Of a stretch of 64,000 nucleotides of DNA, positions 1 to 9,975 are shown piece by piece; the stretch's first letter is position 1; each line of letters opens with the position of its first letter. Below the pieces are notes generated by a model. That model had not been told where the DNA came from and did no database searches. It saw only the letters and a program-made list of their open reading frames with translations. Source of the stretch: an uncultured virus (IMG/VR IMGVR_UViG_3300030372_001717) (taxonomy: Duplodnaviria > Heunggongvirae > Uroviricota > Caudoviricetes); the IMG/VR virus record IMGVR_UViG_3300030372_001717, one strand, 5' to 3'. A program made the translations under genes and the position numbers.

Positions 1-946
1 AGGCAACTAATTGAGTTGCTGTGACACCACCAATTGTAACTGTACCAAAAGTAAGAGTTGCTACAGTATGTGCTGACATGCTGGCACAAAGAAAAATCTT
101 ACGATCACTTGCGGCTGCACCTAAAGACTGGCTGCTAAAAGTATAACTACTAGTCGTATTAGTCGTACTACTATTTGACGTTACAAATGCTATAGACGGT
201 GCAGTTCGTGTAGTGCCGTAGTCTGCACCTAAAGCTCCGCTGGCTGTAAACGGAAGGTAAAAGCCTTGATCTCCAAATGTAAAACTCTGCGCTGAGATAT
301 CCAACGGTCTTAAAACACCATTGCTGTCAGTTTCCGTGAAACTTGATGGGGTTAAGGCTTGTCCATCAATGACAACCATCTCAGCCATGTAACCGTCACT
401 GTATGCATTAGATGCTTGGTTTCGACCAATCGTGGCTGGGTTGTTTGATCCGAATTGAGTAGTAGCTCCGCTACCAGGATTAGTTGCACTTGTTTGAAAA
501 TCTGTGAGCCTTACCCCATTTAGGTAAATTCTTGCCCTGTCTCCAGCCGTTCCATCAGTCGAATCATAGTAAAATAAAATGTGATACCATGCGTGAAAAT
601 CTCTCAAAACGGCTGATGTATCACCTGTAGTAAATGCACCAGTTGTTGCTGCAAAAAATTGAAGCGCACCCTCATTACCGCCTGAACCAGCAATAGCGCA
701 TTTCAGGTAATTGCTGCTATTAGGATTTTGGATATAAAGATTTTGACCACCACTAGGAATGTTTCCGTGTTTCCACCAGAGTGAGATAGTGAATTTTTTT
801 TGAGCGTCAGCACCACCCGTCGTAGTAGCTGATGCGTTGGTTCGTATAAGGTATTGGCTATCGTCGTCGTCAAGCACCATGCTGTTATCAACGCTAAAAG
901 CACTAGAGCCAGCATTCGCCATCCAAAAAGAAGAAAACATCGTCAT
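1..946 (-). CDS. LamG/concanavalin-like tail fibre protein, runs off window start
   Basis: Manually read ORF MTMFSSFWMANAGSSAFSVDNSMVLDDDD...RDFHAWYH...DGYMAE...GDQGFYLPFT; ATG overlaps upstream TAA; clearly similar to the N-terminus of 56554..60168. Confidence 0.75.
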   Translation of the reverse strand, partial: MTMFSSFWMANAGSSAFSVDNSMVLDDDDSQYLIRTNASATTTGGADAQKKFTISLWWKHGNIPSGGQNLYIQNPNSSNYLKCAIAGSGGNEGALQFFAATTGAFTTGDTSAVLRDFHAWYHILFYYDSTDGTAGDRARIYLNGVRLTDFQTSATNPGSGATTQFGSNNPATIGRNQASNAYSDGYMAEMVVIDGQALTPSSFTETDSNGVLRPLDISAQSFTFGDQGFYLPFTASGALGADYGTTRTAPSIAFVTSNSSTTNTTSSYTFSSQSLGAAASDRKIFLCASMSAHTVATLTFGTVTIGGVTATQLVA

Positions 947-2364
947 TAGCTAAACGCCAGTTGTGGTGCGCCAAGTTGAATAGAGCCAGAGGCTTTTACA
1001 AAGTACGGCACTATGTCTACCGCACTTGCCGCTGAACTAAGAGTAATCCCCCCACCAGCAGGGCTTTCGTAGTCTGTATCAAGGCTTATGGTTCTGCTGC
1101 CTGTTCCATCTTGAATAAAAACAATTACGCCAGACTGACCAGCAGCCTCTGTCGTTGGGTTAGAAAGCGTGATGCTACTACCCGAAGAAGGCGCTAAAGT
1201 TAGGATAAAGTTCTGTGCCGCGCTAAAATCAAGAGTAGTTGCGCCAGTTAAAGTAGCTGTACTAGTAGCAGCTAGAACTCTGGCAGCAAAAGTGCCAGTG
1301 GTTGTCCCTGTTGCTACAGAAAATACTGTGGCGTCTGCATCGTTTTTAATGGTTATATCTGAAGTGCTACCTTGTCCTGTAAGGATAAGACCTTCAGCAG
1401 CAGTGTAACCCATCGCGGCGTTATCACCTGCGGAGGTGTCTCCGTCCGCGTTTAAAGTAGCAGCAGTAAAATCCCCAACAACATCAACGGCTGTTCCTCC
1501 AGTTGGCACAGACAAGACCGTAGCGTCTGCATCGTTTACAATTGTTACATCGTTGGTTGAACCTTGACCTGTTAATATAAGACCTAAAGCAGCAGTGTAA
1601 CCAACGGCGGCGTTATCTCCAGCCGCAGTATCACCGGCTGGTTCTACCGTTCCAGTGGCTACAAGGTTTCCCCCAGCCGTAATATCCCCAACAACCGTTA
1701 CGTTAGTAGTTCCTGTAGGTATCTCAAGAACATCCGCATCAGTATCGTTTTTAATGGTTACATCATTTGTAGAACCTTGCCCCGTAAGGATAAGACCTTC
1801 GGCAGCAGTGTAACCCATCGCAGCCTTGTCATCTGCGGCGGTATCACCTAAAGCATTGAACGTGCCACTCGCGGTAATGTCTCCAGACGCTGTTACTGTG
1901 GCCAACTGTAGATTAGCTACAGCATCTATAACAGCGGCCCCTGACCCCGCCCCGTCCATGTAAACGATGGCAGACTTACCATTTTCTATGGTTATATTCG
2001 CACCAGAACCTTGAGACACAATTACCGAATAAGGGCCACTGGACCCTGAGTCAGTGGTTGCGTTTATCATAATAAAGTATGCGGCGGTAGTGTTAGGAGC
2101 CACCGTTACAGTGTTATTAGCACCAAGAGCCCCCGTAAACCTAATCACACGATACATACCGTCTTGCAGGTTCTCTGTGCCAGATCCAGGTGAAGCCTCT
2201 CGAACCGTTAGCGTATGCGTAGTTCCTGAAAGAGCCACCGCTTTAAATGAGGCAATCCGGTCAAGAATATCAAGGTTGTGATTGGTTGTAGTACCCCACG
2301 CCCCAGACTGTTCTCCAGACCCTATTTTTTCTATGCCAAAACTTGTTGTATATGATGATGCCAT
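946..2364 (-). CDS. tail fibre/structural protein with three internal ~68-aa repeats
   Basis: G/T/A/S-rich; N-terminus GEQSGAWGTTTNHNL; repeat GDTAAxDxAAxGYTAAxGLILTGQGSTxD; C-terminal IQDGTGSRT motif typical of fibres. Confidence 0.7.
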   Translation of the reverse strand: MASSYTTSFGIEKIGSGEQSGAWGTTTNHNLDILDRIASFKAVALSGTTHTLTVREASPGSGTENLQDGMYRVIRFTGALGANNTVTVAPNTTAAYFIMINATTDSGSSGPYSVIVSQGSGANITIENGKSAIVYMDGAGSGAAVIDAVANLQLATVTASGDITASGTFNALGDTAADDKAAMGYTAAEGLILTGQGSTNDVTIKNDTDADVLEIPTGTTNVTVVGDITAGGNLVATGTVEPAGDTAAGDNAAVGYTAALGLILTGQGSTNDVTIVNDADATVLSVPTGGTAVDVVGDFTAATLNADGDTSAGDNAAMGYTAAEGLILTGQGSTSDITIKNDADATVFSVATGTTTGTFAARVLAATSTATLTGATTLDFSAAQNFILTLAPSSGSSITLSNPTTEAAGQSGVIVFIQDGTGSRTISLDTDYESPAGGGITLSSAASAVDIVPYFVKASGSIQLGAPQLAFS

Positions 2365-2374
2365 GATCTTATTC

Positions 2375-2803
2375 CTATGCCGCTATCTTAACCCAATTTG
2401 GTGTCTGTGATTCATCAATAGCACTCCAAACTAAGGCGTTGTTGGCTTTTCCTTCTGCCGAAACTCCAGTTACCGTGAAAGAGAAATTAATTTGTGTGCT
2501 TCCTATTGCGCTGGCCGCTGATACCCCACTTGGTGTAACCAATGCTTTTCCAGTTGTAGTGGGAGATCCTATTGCGCTGGCCGCTGATACTCCCGTAACA
2601 CTTACGGTAACAGGGAAAGTTACAATGACAGAACCAACCGCACTAGCCGCTGATACTCCCGTAACCGAAACTGTTTTAGGAATACTCGCAACAACAGTGC
2701 CTATCTGGCTGGCGGCAGAAACACCTGTGATTGCAAGAGGGACCGGACTATTCCAAGCCCCCTCGTTCCAAGTGCCTCTATTCCAACCAGTAAGAGATGC
2801 CAT
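2375..2803 (-). CDS. virion structural protein
   Basis: Repeated VTGVSAASxIG motif; within the tail module. Confidence 0.55.
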   Translation of the reverse strand: MASLTGWNRGTWNEGAWNSPVPLAITGVSAASQIGTVVASIPKTVSVTGVSAASAVGSVIVTFPVTVSVTGVSAASAIGSPTTTGKALVTPSGVSAASAIGSTQINFSFTVTGVSAEGKANNALVWSAIDESQTPNWVKIAA

Positions 2804-3312
2804 TAAGAAATCCTGATCACCGCGTTGTTTTCATCATTTGCAGGGTATTGAATAGTAAAGTCCCCTGCGCTTGAAGATTTATCTCCTCCAAAATTAATTA
2901 CCGCTACTGCGGGGTCCGCAGCATGGTTTGTGGTAGATCCAGTTCCAGCCGTGGAAAGAGTTGAGTTGTATATCAAAGCTCCCCTTGCGCTAGAAATAGT
3001 TGATGAAGAAAAAGTAGTATCTGCAAAATCAACAAAAGCTGTTGGCACCGAACTACTATTGTCCGCAAGTCCAATGGTCACGCTGCTAAGAGCGGCCCCT
3101 CCAGCGGAGTAATTTGTGCCAGAAACCTCGTTACTAGTTGTGTACCCAGTGGTGTCCGCGTCAATGGACGAGCTATTGGTAAACATGGCAACCTTAAAGG
3201 TGTCCGCTGAAATAGCACTAGATCCCGTTCTCGTATGAGCGGTCAAACGGTGAATACCAGCAAGTATTTCTCTTTTAAAAGTACCGCACATTGCGGAAGT
3301 ACCAACGGCCAT
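2803..3312 (-). CDS. virion structural (tail) protein
   Basis: Motifs TFKVAMFT, NEVSGTNYSAGG, ARGALIYN, FGGDK seen in marine phage structural proteins. Confidence 0.6.
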   Translation of the reverse strand: MAVGTSAMCGTFKREILAGIHRLTAHTRTGSSAISADTFKVAMFTNSSSIDADTTGYTTSNEVSGTNYSAGGAALSSVTIGLADNSSSVPTAFVDFADTTFSSSTISSARGALIYNSTLSTAGTGSTTNHAADPAVAVINFGGDKSSSAGDFTIQYPANDENNAVIRIS

Positions 3313-3602
3313 TATAATCTCCTTATAATTTCAGCCATGTCCTCATGGCCTTGTTGCCTCATAAGAGCCCAAATAGTAGTCCTCTCACTTTGAGCCATTC
3401 TATTCATATAGAAAATCAATATTTCCTTCAACTTATCTCTATGTGCTATCGCTTGATCCCGTATAACTGGAGGAGCGTCATTAGATACTACCATAATTTT
3501 GTTCATAGCCATCTCAGCCATTTCTTCTGGCGAATGACCCCGGTTGTTGCTCGTAAATACAAAAGGATCTGGTATCGCCGTATGGCTTTCACTATCGAAC
3601 AT
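3312..3602 (-). CDS. hypothetical phage protein
   Basis: 96-aa ORF coupled to neighbours by overlapping stop/start. Confidence 0.6.
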   Translation of the reverse strand: MFDSESHTAIPDPFVFTSNNRGHSPEEMAEMAMNKIMVVSNDAPPVIRDQAIAHRDKLKEILIFYMNRMAQSERTTIWALMRQQGHEDMAEIIRRL

Positions 3603-4246
3603 TATAGCACTTCTCTTCTAACCCTATCATACCGATATTGATCTCGTGTCTGTTTTCCCTCACCAAGATTTTTCAACCATTGAATAGATTCAATAAACCT
3701 GTCGGTATATTCTTTTTGAAGGCTTGCCTCACCTTTCATAAAAACATAAGCCTCACAAAGACTTCCGTATAACAAGCAAAGTTCCGCATTAGTTCCAAGC
3801 CAACTTGTCCCATCATTACTCGTAGTTATAGAAGTTGGCCTATAAAAATAATGTAGTTCCATAGTATAATCAGTATCCGGCGTAGGAGCTAATAAAAAAC
3901 TATTTTCATTCCAATCAGCATAGTATTGAGGCGTTCCAGTAGTAGCAGGATTGGGTGTATAGTCCTGTAACATCGTCACCTGTTTATAAAGCAGAAACTC
4001 CTTGCTAGAGGAGTTTATAACGCTCAACGAATTTTGAGAAAGAAAGTCAACAGGCTTGGTTAGATACTGATTACCTGAAGTGGCACTTCCTTGAGCATTT
4101 TTTCTAAAAACGTCTAATTGACATTCTTTAAGAATACGTTCTTCAGCGTTTAAAATAAACCTTGGTAACTGACTAACAAAAGTTGATTCCGTGTTCTGAG
4201 AGTAGTCCTGAATAGCTGTTTTTAAAGTTGTAAAAGTAAAAGACAT
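3602..4246 (-). CDS. head-tail adaptor-like protein
   Basis: FILNAEERI, GTPQYYA, LAPTPD, LLYGSLCEA motifs; position after head genes. Confidence 0.6.
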   Translation of the reverse strand: MSFTFTTLKTAIQDYSQNTESTFVSQLPRFILNAEERILKECQLDVFRKNAQGSATSGNQYLTKPVDFLSQNSLSVINSSSKEFLLYKQVTMLQDYTPNPATTGTPQYYADWNENSFLLAPTPDTDYTMELHYFYRPTSITTSNDGTSWLGTNAELCLLYGSLCEAYVFMKGEASLQKEYTDRFIESIQWLKNLGEGKQTRDQYRYDRVRREVL

Positions 4247-4247
4247 T

Positions 4248-4751
4248 TTATGAACTCACAGTTACAGGACCCGCAGAAGCATTTTCACCGCCGCCCTGTA
4301 TATTACCAGAAGTTGCTGTTCCGCTACTTGCGCTAAAAGTGTACCTGTTATCATCGACTTTTGTAATCGAATAACCGCTAGAACTTTCTATGACGGATGA
4401 AGAAAAACCATCAAAAGGCGAGACAGAACGAAATCTAACGGTGTCCCCAGTGCTTCTGTTGTGTCCTGGTTCTGAAACAGTTATGACAGCAGAACCGCTA
4501 TTTCCAGAACGAAAAGAATTTAAAGGGAGAAGAACTGTAACAGAAGGCTCATCTCTATCGGGCCTTGGATCTCTCAAGGCTTGAGGGTCTGCGGGTGCCT
4601 TCACAACATTTAATTGTGGTTGTTTTGCTTCCCACTCATCTTTACCGACCAACAGACCGTTCCACTCCTTACGCATGTCACGTAAAGGGTACGCAAACCC
4701 GGACCTATCTGAAATGCCCAAAGCATATTTATTTGAAGCAAACCTACCCAT
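4248..4751 (-). CDS. structural protein
   Basis: ISDRSGFAYP...EWNGLLV...PQ N-terminus plus small beta domain (PGHNRSTGDTVRF). Confidence 0.55.
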   Translation of the reverse strand: MGRFASNKYALGISDRSGFAYPLRDMRKEWNGLLVGKDEWEAKQPQLNVVKAPADPQALRDPRPDRDEPSVTVLLPLNSFRSGNSGSAVITVSEPGHNRSTGDTVRFRSVSPFDGFSSSVIESSSGYSITKVDDNRYTFSASSGTATSGNIQGGGENASAGPVTVSS

Positions 4752-5641
4752 TAGGATACCGCACTAACAAAGGTGTAAGAGGGAACCAAACTAAGACTTG
4801 CTTTATCTCTGTCTTCTTCAGCAGCCCTAGTAAACTCTTCTTCATACAGTCCTTTTAATATCTGAACCCTCTCCGGGGCTCTTTTTAAAGCTATGTAGTA
4901 AGCCAAACCTGCTGCTAGACAAGGATAAAAACGGAAAGGAACATCTACTGTATTAGTGGCCGTGTCCGCATCATCTATGCGAACTAGCCTATCATATATA
5001 AAAATATCGGTGCTGTTTTCTGGGGTAGGCCAAACTTGAACAACGGGTGTTATCTGACGGTTTACATAAAATTGAGTAGGCCTTCCTGTAGTAGACTTTA
5101 CCGAAATAGACAGGTAATCGTCCCGGCTTATTCTGGTAACGGATAAATCTGAACTGCTTCTACGAACAACCCCGGACAAAATATCAACGGTAGATTGAGT
5201 ATCTACGAGGCTTGGGCTGGCTGATATGGTGGTAGATGCACCACTAGTTCCACCCGTAATTGTTTCTCCGGAGGTAAAAGTTCCTGAAGGAACTGTAAGC
5301 GTTACCGTAGTAGAAGTTGGTTTGGTAAGAACAGATGCCGTTACAGAGCTAGTCCCACCCGTAATAGTCTCACCAATAGTAAGACTTCCAGAAGCGCCAA
5401 CGGTTGCCGTAATTGTTCCAACGGGATATTCAGATATTCCAGAAGCTACGGTTTGAGTAACTTGCTCAATTGTCCAACGGTTCAAACCACGATTAGCCCA
5501 ATCCGCAAACAAAAAATTTAAAGAACGCCGCGCTGTTCTAGAATCATAGCCCGTTCTAAATTCTAACCCGCATCGCTCAAAAGCTTCTTCAACATACTCT
5601 GCTACGTCAGGTTCAAAGTTTTTTGATCCAGAAACCGTCAT
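4751..5641 (-). CDS. adaptor/tail tubular-like protein
   Basis: EEAFERCG...TARRSLN...WANRGLN, GRPTQF, WPTP, PFRFYPCLAAGLAYY; internal GETITGGTS repeats. Confidence 0.6.
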   Translation of the reverse strand: MTVSGSKNFEPDVAEYVEEAFERCGLEFRTGYDSRTARRSLNFLFADWANRGLNRWTIEQVTQTVASGISEYPVGTITATVGASGSLTIGETITGGTSSVTASVLTKPTSTTVTLTVPSGTFTSGETITGGTSGASTTISASPSLVDTQSTVDILSGVVRRSSSDLSVTRISRDDYLSISVKSTTGRPTQFYVNRQITPVVQVWPTPENSTDIFIYDRLVRIDDADTATNTVDVPFRFYPCLAAGLAYYIALKRAPERVQILKGLYEEEFTRAAEEDRDKASLSLVPSYTFVSAVS

Positions 5642-5654
5642 TGTTTTCTAACCT

Positions 5655-5867
5655 TTATCCCCAAAGAGCAGTTTTTATAGAAACCCCTAAGTGACCTAAA
5701 ACCAACAAACCAACCGCCCAAATAATTCTTTGTATGCCATCTATAGCTTTTTGAATATGATACAAATCGTTACTTTTTATAGTATCTAACTTTTGATCTA
5801 AAAGCTTCAACTCTCCACGAATCTCTTGGATATCCAATTGATTCTTATGTGAATAATCTTCGGCCAC
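5655..5867 (-). CDS. small membrane protein
   Basis: Coiled-coil-like N-terminus then hydrophobic C-terminal helix. Confidence 0.5.
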   Translation of the reverse strand: MAEDYSHKNQLDIQEIRGELKLLDQKLDTIKSNDLYHIQKAIDGIQRIIWAVGLLVLGHLGVSIKTALWG

Positions 5868-5879
5868 GAGTTTTCAACT

Positions 5880-6287
5880 CTAGTATTGTTTAAGGCAATG
5901 AAGAACTATTGAATAAGTGTCTCCATCAGAATGACCAACGGTGGTCAATTTAACATCACCAGTTTTTCCACTTGAAGCCGCTACGTTTGGAAGACCACTC
6001 ATATCAGAGTAATCTAACGTATCCGAATAATCTGCGGGAAGTTGAGCGGCTATTACATTGGTAGTAGCATTCCAAAGGATTTTTACACCCATACCAACGT
6101 TGGTAAACACAATCTTCTCAATACGAACACCCGTGCAAGCCGTTCCATCCTGCAAAGAAGCAAGGCCTGAAACATCTATTTTAGTAACAGCATCTTCTCC
6201 AGTGCCGTCGCTTGTGTTCGTAAGATAAAAGACAGCTTTTTTAGGACCGTCTTGAACTGTGGTAGCAGTTACTGCATCAGCCATCAC
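5880..6287 (-). CDS. putative structural protein
   Basis: 135 aa, AAGGAG RBS, head module position. Confidence 0.55.
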   Translation of the reverse strand: MMADAVTATTVQDGPKKAVFYLTNTSDGTGEDAVTKIDVSGLASLQDGTACTGVRIEKIVFTNVGMGVKILWNATTNVIAAQLPADYSDTLDYSDMSGLPNVAASSGKTGDVKLTTVGHSDGDTYSIVLHCLKQY

Positions 6288-6298
6288 TATCTCCTTTT

Positions 6299-6324
6299 AA
6301 AAGAATGGGGGTTTCCCCCCACCC
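6299..6324 (-). terminator. intrinsic terminator
   Basis: TGGGGG-GAAA-CCCCCA hairpin then TTCTTTT, just after the stop at 6329. Confidence 0.6.
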
Positions 6325-6328
6325 TGAT

Positions 6329-6877
6329 TTATGCAATCTGCACATACTCAATAATGAATGTAAAGGAGCCTGCGGTTGTAGCATCTACCGTGTTCGTAAT
6401 GTTACAGTAAATTGTTCTTTCTGCTGAAGTGTATTGAACAGAAGCCGGGGCCGTAGTTGCATCTTGAGTTTGCAAAACAAGAGAGGTTACGGTGACGTTA
6501 CCTACCACAACTGTAGTTCCACCATCCAAAATTTCATCAGTTTGTGCCGCAACGATTTGAGCACCTGAGCTTGACGTTCCAACCTCGTAACCAATATCAC
6601 CAGTTCCAATTGTAGGAGCCGAAGCACAAAATATTTTAATGTCGGTGATAATAGTGTTTGCAGGTTGAGTAAACTCACCAATGTTATCACTATCGCCAGC
6701 AGTGGTATTGACTGTAACACCTGTAGCAAAACCAACATGTTTCACATACTTGTCGGTAACAATACCCGTTGAGGCAACATCAAATACCGTAGTCTCAGTG
6801 CCTGTTCCAGATGCTACATTAATTACTTCAAACCCGTTTTCTGAACGGACGGGACCGTTAAACGTAGTATTAGCCAT
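6329..6877 (-). CDS. capsid decoration/spike-like protein
   Basis: MANTTFNGPVRSENGF N-terminus; directly after the major capsid gene; AAGGAGG RBS. Confidence 0.55.
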   Translation of the reverse strand: MANTTFNGPVRSENGFEVINVASGTGTETTVFDVASTGIVTDKYVKHVGFATGVTVNTTAGDSDNIGEFTQPANTIITDIKIFCASAPTIGTGDIGYEVGTSSSGAQIVAAQTDEILDGGTTVVVGNVTVTSLVLQTQDATTAPASVQYTSAERTIYCNITNTVDATTAGSFTFIIEYVQIA

Positions 6878-6885
6878 TTTGGCTT

Positions 6886-6960
6886 CCTCCTTACGAGAGA
6901 TTGACCCTAGAGTCTTCGTAAGCGTCTGCTGGGACAGTCGCTAGGGCTAGTTTTCCCAGA
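6886..6960 (-). promoter_or_regulatory. candidate structured (pseudoknotted) RNA leader
   Basis: Three interleaved perfect complementary pairs, one covering part of the RBS (see findings). Confidence 0.45.
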
Positions 6961-6987
6961 AAATTGGGGGAAGGTTACCCTTCCCCC
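6960..6987 (-). terminator. intrinsic terminator after major capsid gene
   Basis: GGGGGAAGG-GTAA-CCTTCCCCC then AATTTT. Confidence 0.6.
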
Positions 6988-6998
6988 GTACCCCAAGC

Positions 6999-7907
6999 TT
7001 ACGCTCCGGGGGAACCAAAGATACCGCGTGGATCAGAGAACCCAAACGCATAGCGTTCACGAGCCTTGTACCGCACGTTACCTGTATCAAAATCGCCTTC
7101 CATAGAAGTACGAACCGCCGTTCGGTTGAAGCCTTTCAAACCGTTCGGTGCGTCCGTAAGAATAAAGAAAGCATCCGTATCCGTGAGGAAGTGGTTAACA
7201 GCGTAACCTTCAGGAAGCATTCCCATGTTCCTAATAGCGTTTACGTCATTATCCGCGCTTCCAGGTCTTAGAGTCGACTCAAGGAGACGATCCGCCGTAA
7301 ATTGAAGTTCTTTAGGAATAATAAGTTTAGTCCCGCGAACCGCAACTTTAAGACCACGCTCATCTACAAAACTAGCGATATCTATCAAAGACTGCTCTAG
7401 GCTAGTCTCGTTAAGATCTGCTGCTGTAGAAAGCTCATTACGGAAAGTGCTGCCGTTGACAAGAGGATGGTCAGTAGCGCAAAGCTCTTTCCCATCTCCG
7501 CCAGCGAAAGTGCTGTCAAAAGCGTTGTTAAGAACCGCTGCGGCTTTAACTTGCTTTGTCTGGCTCATGCTACGGGCAAGGGCCTTCGTATAACGGCTTG
7601 CAAGCCGATCATAAAGGTTATCCTCAACCGCTTCTTCCGTAATAGAGAAAGCCAGCGCAATCGTTTCCATTGTATAACGAGCAGTGTATGCTTCCTGAGC
7701 GTCATCAAAAGATACTGCACTACCTTCACCTTTAGTCGGCGCTGCTCCAAAACCACTGAGCATCACTTCCTCTTCAAAAGCACGATCTGAAGTCTCCATA
7801 GTGAAGATTTCTTCATGCTCACGATCATATTGATCGTACTCCATTCCGAACAAGGCGTTCAGGCCGGGTTCCAACTCTTTTACGAGTTGTGCTCTACTAA
7901 TAGCCAT
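6999..7907 (-). CDS. major capsid protein
   Basis: MAISRAQLVKELEPGLNALFG...GDGKELCATDHPL...GDFDTGNVRYKARERYAFGFSDPRGIFGSPGA, a recognisable marine phage capsid family. Confidence 0.9.
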   Translation of the reverse strand: MAISRAQLVKELEPGLNALFGMEYDQYDREHEEIFTMETSDRAFEEEVMLSGFGAAPTKGEGSAVSFDDAQEAYTARYTMETIALAFSITEEAVEDNLYDRLASRYTKALARSMSQTKQVKAAAVLNNAFDSTFAGGDGKELCATDHPLVNGSTFRNELSTAADLNETSLEQSLIDIASFVDERGLKVAVRGTKLIIPKELQFTADRLLESTLRPGSADNDVNAIRNMGMLPEGYAVNHFLTDTDAFFILTDAPNGLKGFNRTAVRTSMEGDFDTGNVRYKARERYAFGFSDPRGIFGSPGA

Positions 7908-7920
7908 TGTTTAAACCCTC

Positions 7921-8565
7921 CTATACGCCAGTGGTTGAAGGAGTACCCGCAGCAATGGACCCAACCGGGGCATTGAAGGGGTTATTCAACCGAACGATTA
8001 AAGGAATGCCAGCAGCGGTAAAATCTTCGTTCATAGCATCTTCCATCCAACCCATAAGACGTAGGGTAAGACTATTGGTTGTAGCTAACGTGCTGACGGC
8101 GAGACGACCATAAGAAACGCCAGAGGTATCACTACCAGTGATACCAGTAGAAAGACTAGCGTTCAAAAACACGCTTGCACGTGCGTTTGCTTTACTAGTC
8201 AAAGACGCATCAGATGAAATTACATACAACTGATTAGGGTCGTCGTTAACAAAGGCTTTAATTGGATGGTTGCTATCCGCTCCCGATCCAGGCCAGTAGT
8301 TACTCCAAGTTGGTTTTCCAGTGGTGCTAGAGACATACTCGCAACCTTGAAAAACGCCAAGGTGACTAACAGTACCACCCGCCGCGTTAGCGGCGTGATC
8401 AATATATCCCGAAGCAAGTGGGATTACAACTTGACCTTGGTAGATCTTGTCAGAGTTACCGTTAGCGATTTCGTATGGAGTATACCCCGTAAGACCAGTG
8501 GAATTGGCTCCACCGCCCAATTTATTGAGCGGACGGAGGCCAAAGCTTCCGTTAATGTTTGCCAT
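7921..8565 (-). CDS. capsid-associated (decoration/cement-like) protein
   Basis: MANINGSFGLRP...GVFQGCEY...DDPNQLY; immediately upstream of capsid gene. Confidence 0.6.
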   Translation of the reverse strand: MANINGSFGLRPLNKLGGGANSTGLTGYTPYEIANGNSDKIYQGQVVIPLASGYIDHAANAAGGTVSHLGVFQGCEYVSSTTGKPTWSNYWPGSGADSNHPIKAFVNDDPNQLYVISSDASLTSKANARASVFLNASLSTGITGSDTSGVSYGRLAVSTLATTNSLTLRLMGWMEDAMNEDFTAAGIPLIVRLNNPFNAPVGSIAAGTPSTTGV

Positions 8566-8606
8566 TTCTAATGCTCCTTAAAGCAATGGGGTTAAAACAG
8601 TAAGCC

Positions 8607-9089
8607 CTAACTCTCTGAAGATTTAGGACCTCCAAACGTTACACGCGACTGGCGTTCAGGGTTCTGAATCGCCATCGAATGGTGCTGATTTTCCTTAAAG
8701 AGATCATTGTCCACCGCCTGCATAGCATCGACATTCTGCCGTCGAAAATAATCAGAACGTTCTCCAACAATTTCTTTTGGTATCCGCGCCAAAAGTAAAC
8801 CGCCCACACCAAAAACGCCTTCGTACTTTCCACCATCTATAGTGGGTGCTTCAAAATCCGGGTACTCTTCTTTCCGAACCAGTTCCCACCCTTCTCTCAT
8901 ACGAGCAGAAACATTTTTTCGGTCATCAAAGCCCCTGACCTCAGAGCGTATCCACCTGTGGACATAGCCTTCTGGAGGGTCGGGTGCATCCAATAAGGAT
9001 GGAGGAGCCCAAGGTTTCCTTCGGGGTTTAGCCGTCCGGGTCTTGGAGGCGCGAGAAGATCTATCAACTGTTTGTGCATTATCAACCAT
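8607..9089 (-). CDS. head-module protein
   Basis: WAPPSLLDAP...HRWIR...REGWELV...VGGLLLARIP. Confidence 0.6.
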   Translation of the reverse strand: MVDNAQTVDRSSRASKTRTAKPRRKPWAPPSLLDAPDPPEGYVHRWIRSEVRGFDDRKNVSARMREGWELVRKEEYPDFEAPTIDGGKYEGVFGVGGLLLARIPKEIVGERSDYFRRQNVDAMQAVDNDLFKENQHHSMAIQNPERQSRVTFGGPKSSES

Positions 9090-9098
9090 GATTTTCTC

Positions 9099-9962
9099 CT
9101 AGCGTTTGTATTTCGCGTACTGGTCTAGAGGAACCCCGAGTTTCTTTGCAATTGCAACTTCACTAGGGGACAGTCTCACTGTTTTGCGCCCAGCAGAACT
9201 GGAACGAGTAGCAGAAGCTACGGCCTGTTGAGGACGTTTGCTATCTGAAGAAGCTTTTCCGTTTAGCTTGTGAGGAAAAGCTTCAAGTAATCTTCTATCA
9301 AGTTCATCATAGTACTCAGAAGACTCTGTGTCAAAAGCTTCCTCTTCAACTAATTTTTTATGTATTCCAAAAGCTGCAAAAGTCATGGCTTCGTCTTCAC
9401 CAAACCAAGCGTTCTTAGAAGCCCACTCTTCGGCCTTCGGTTCAGGTCGCACAGGAACTTGTTGGGTCTGTTGTTGAGGTTGTTGAACAGGAACTTCCTG
9501 TTGCTGTTGTTTTTGTTGCAACTGAGCCGCTCTTACACGTTCTTCCTCAATTGCTAACCGTGCCAGCTTCTTGTTTAATTCTACCTGACTAGCCGTGTCG
9601 TTTGTGGCTATCGCGGTCTCCAAATCTTTTGTCAAAGATTCAGATTCTGTAGCTATACGATCACCGTACTCTGCTACATAACCTTGGTCTAAGTTAGTTA
9701 CACGATCTTTAAGAGCCACGTTCTCAGCTTGAACATTTTTTGCAAAATTAAGTGCAGCTTCTTGTTGACGTTCAGCCTCACGAGCTTTCTTAGTCAACTT
9801 GTCTATTCGACGTTGCACTTTCTTGCTGTAATCAACGTGCTCTTCGTCTTCTGTATCTTCAGAAACTTCTACCGTTTCATCCGGGGCCGCTTCTTTTACT
9901 TCAACGTCCACTTCTTCACCCGTATCGGGCAGGTCAACTACCAATTCGTCTTGTTCAGGCAT
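9099..9962 (-). CDS. scaffolding protein
   Basis: Acidic N-terminus, long coiled coil, C-terminal VRLSPSEVAIAKKLGVPLDQYAK; upstream of capsid. Confidence 0.7.
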   Translation of the reverse strand: MPEQDELVVDLPDTGEEVDVEVKEAAPDETVEVSEDTEDEEHVDYSKKVQRRIDKLTKKAREAERQQEAALNFAKNVQAENVALKDRVTNLDQGYVAEYGDRIATESESLTKDLETAIATNDTASQVELNKKLARLAIEEERVRAAQLQQKQQQQEVPVQQPQQQTQQVPVRPEPKAEEWASKNAWFGEDEAMTFAAFGIHKKLVEEEAFDTESSEYYDELDRRLLEAFPHKLNGKASSDSKRPQQAVASATRSSSAGRKTVRLSPSEVAIAKKLGVPLDQYAKYKR

Positions 9963-9975
9963 GGCTCACTCCATG

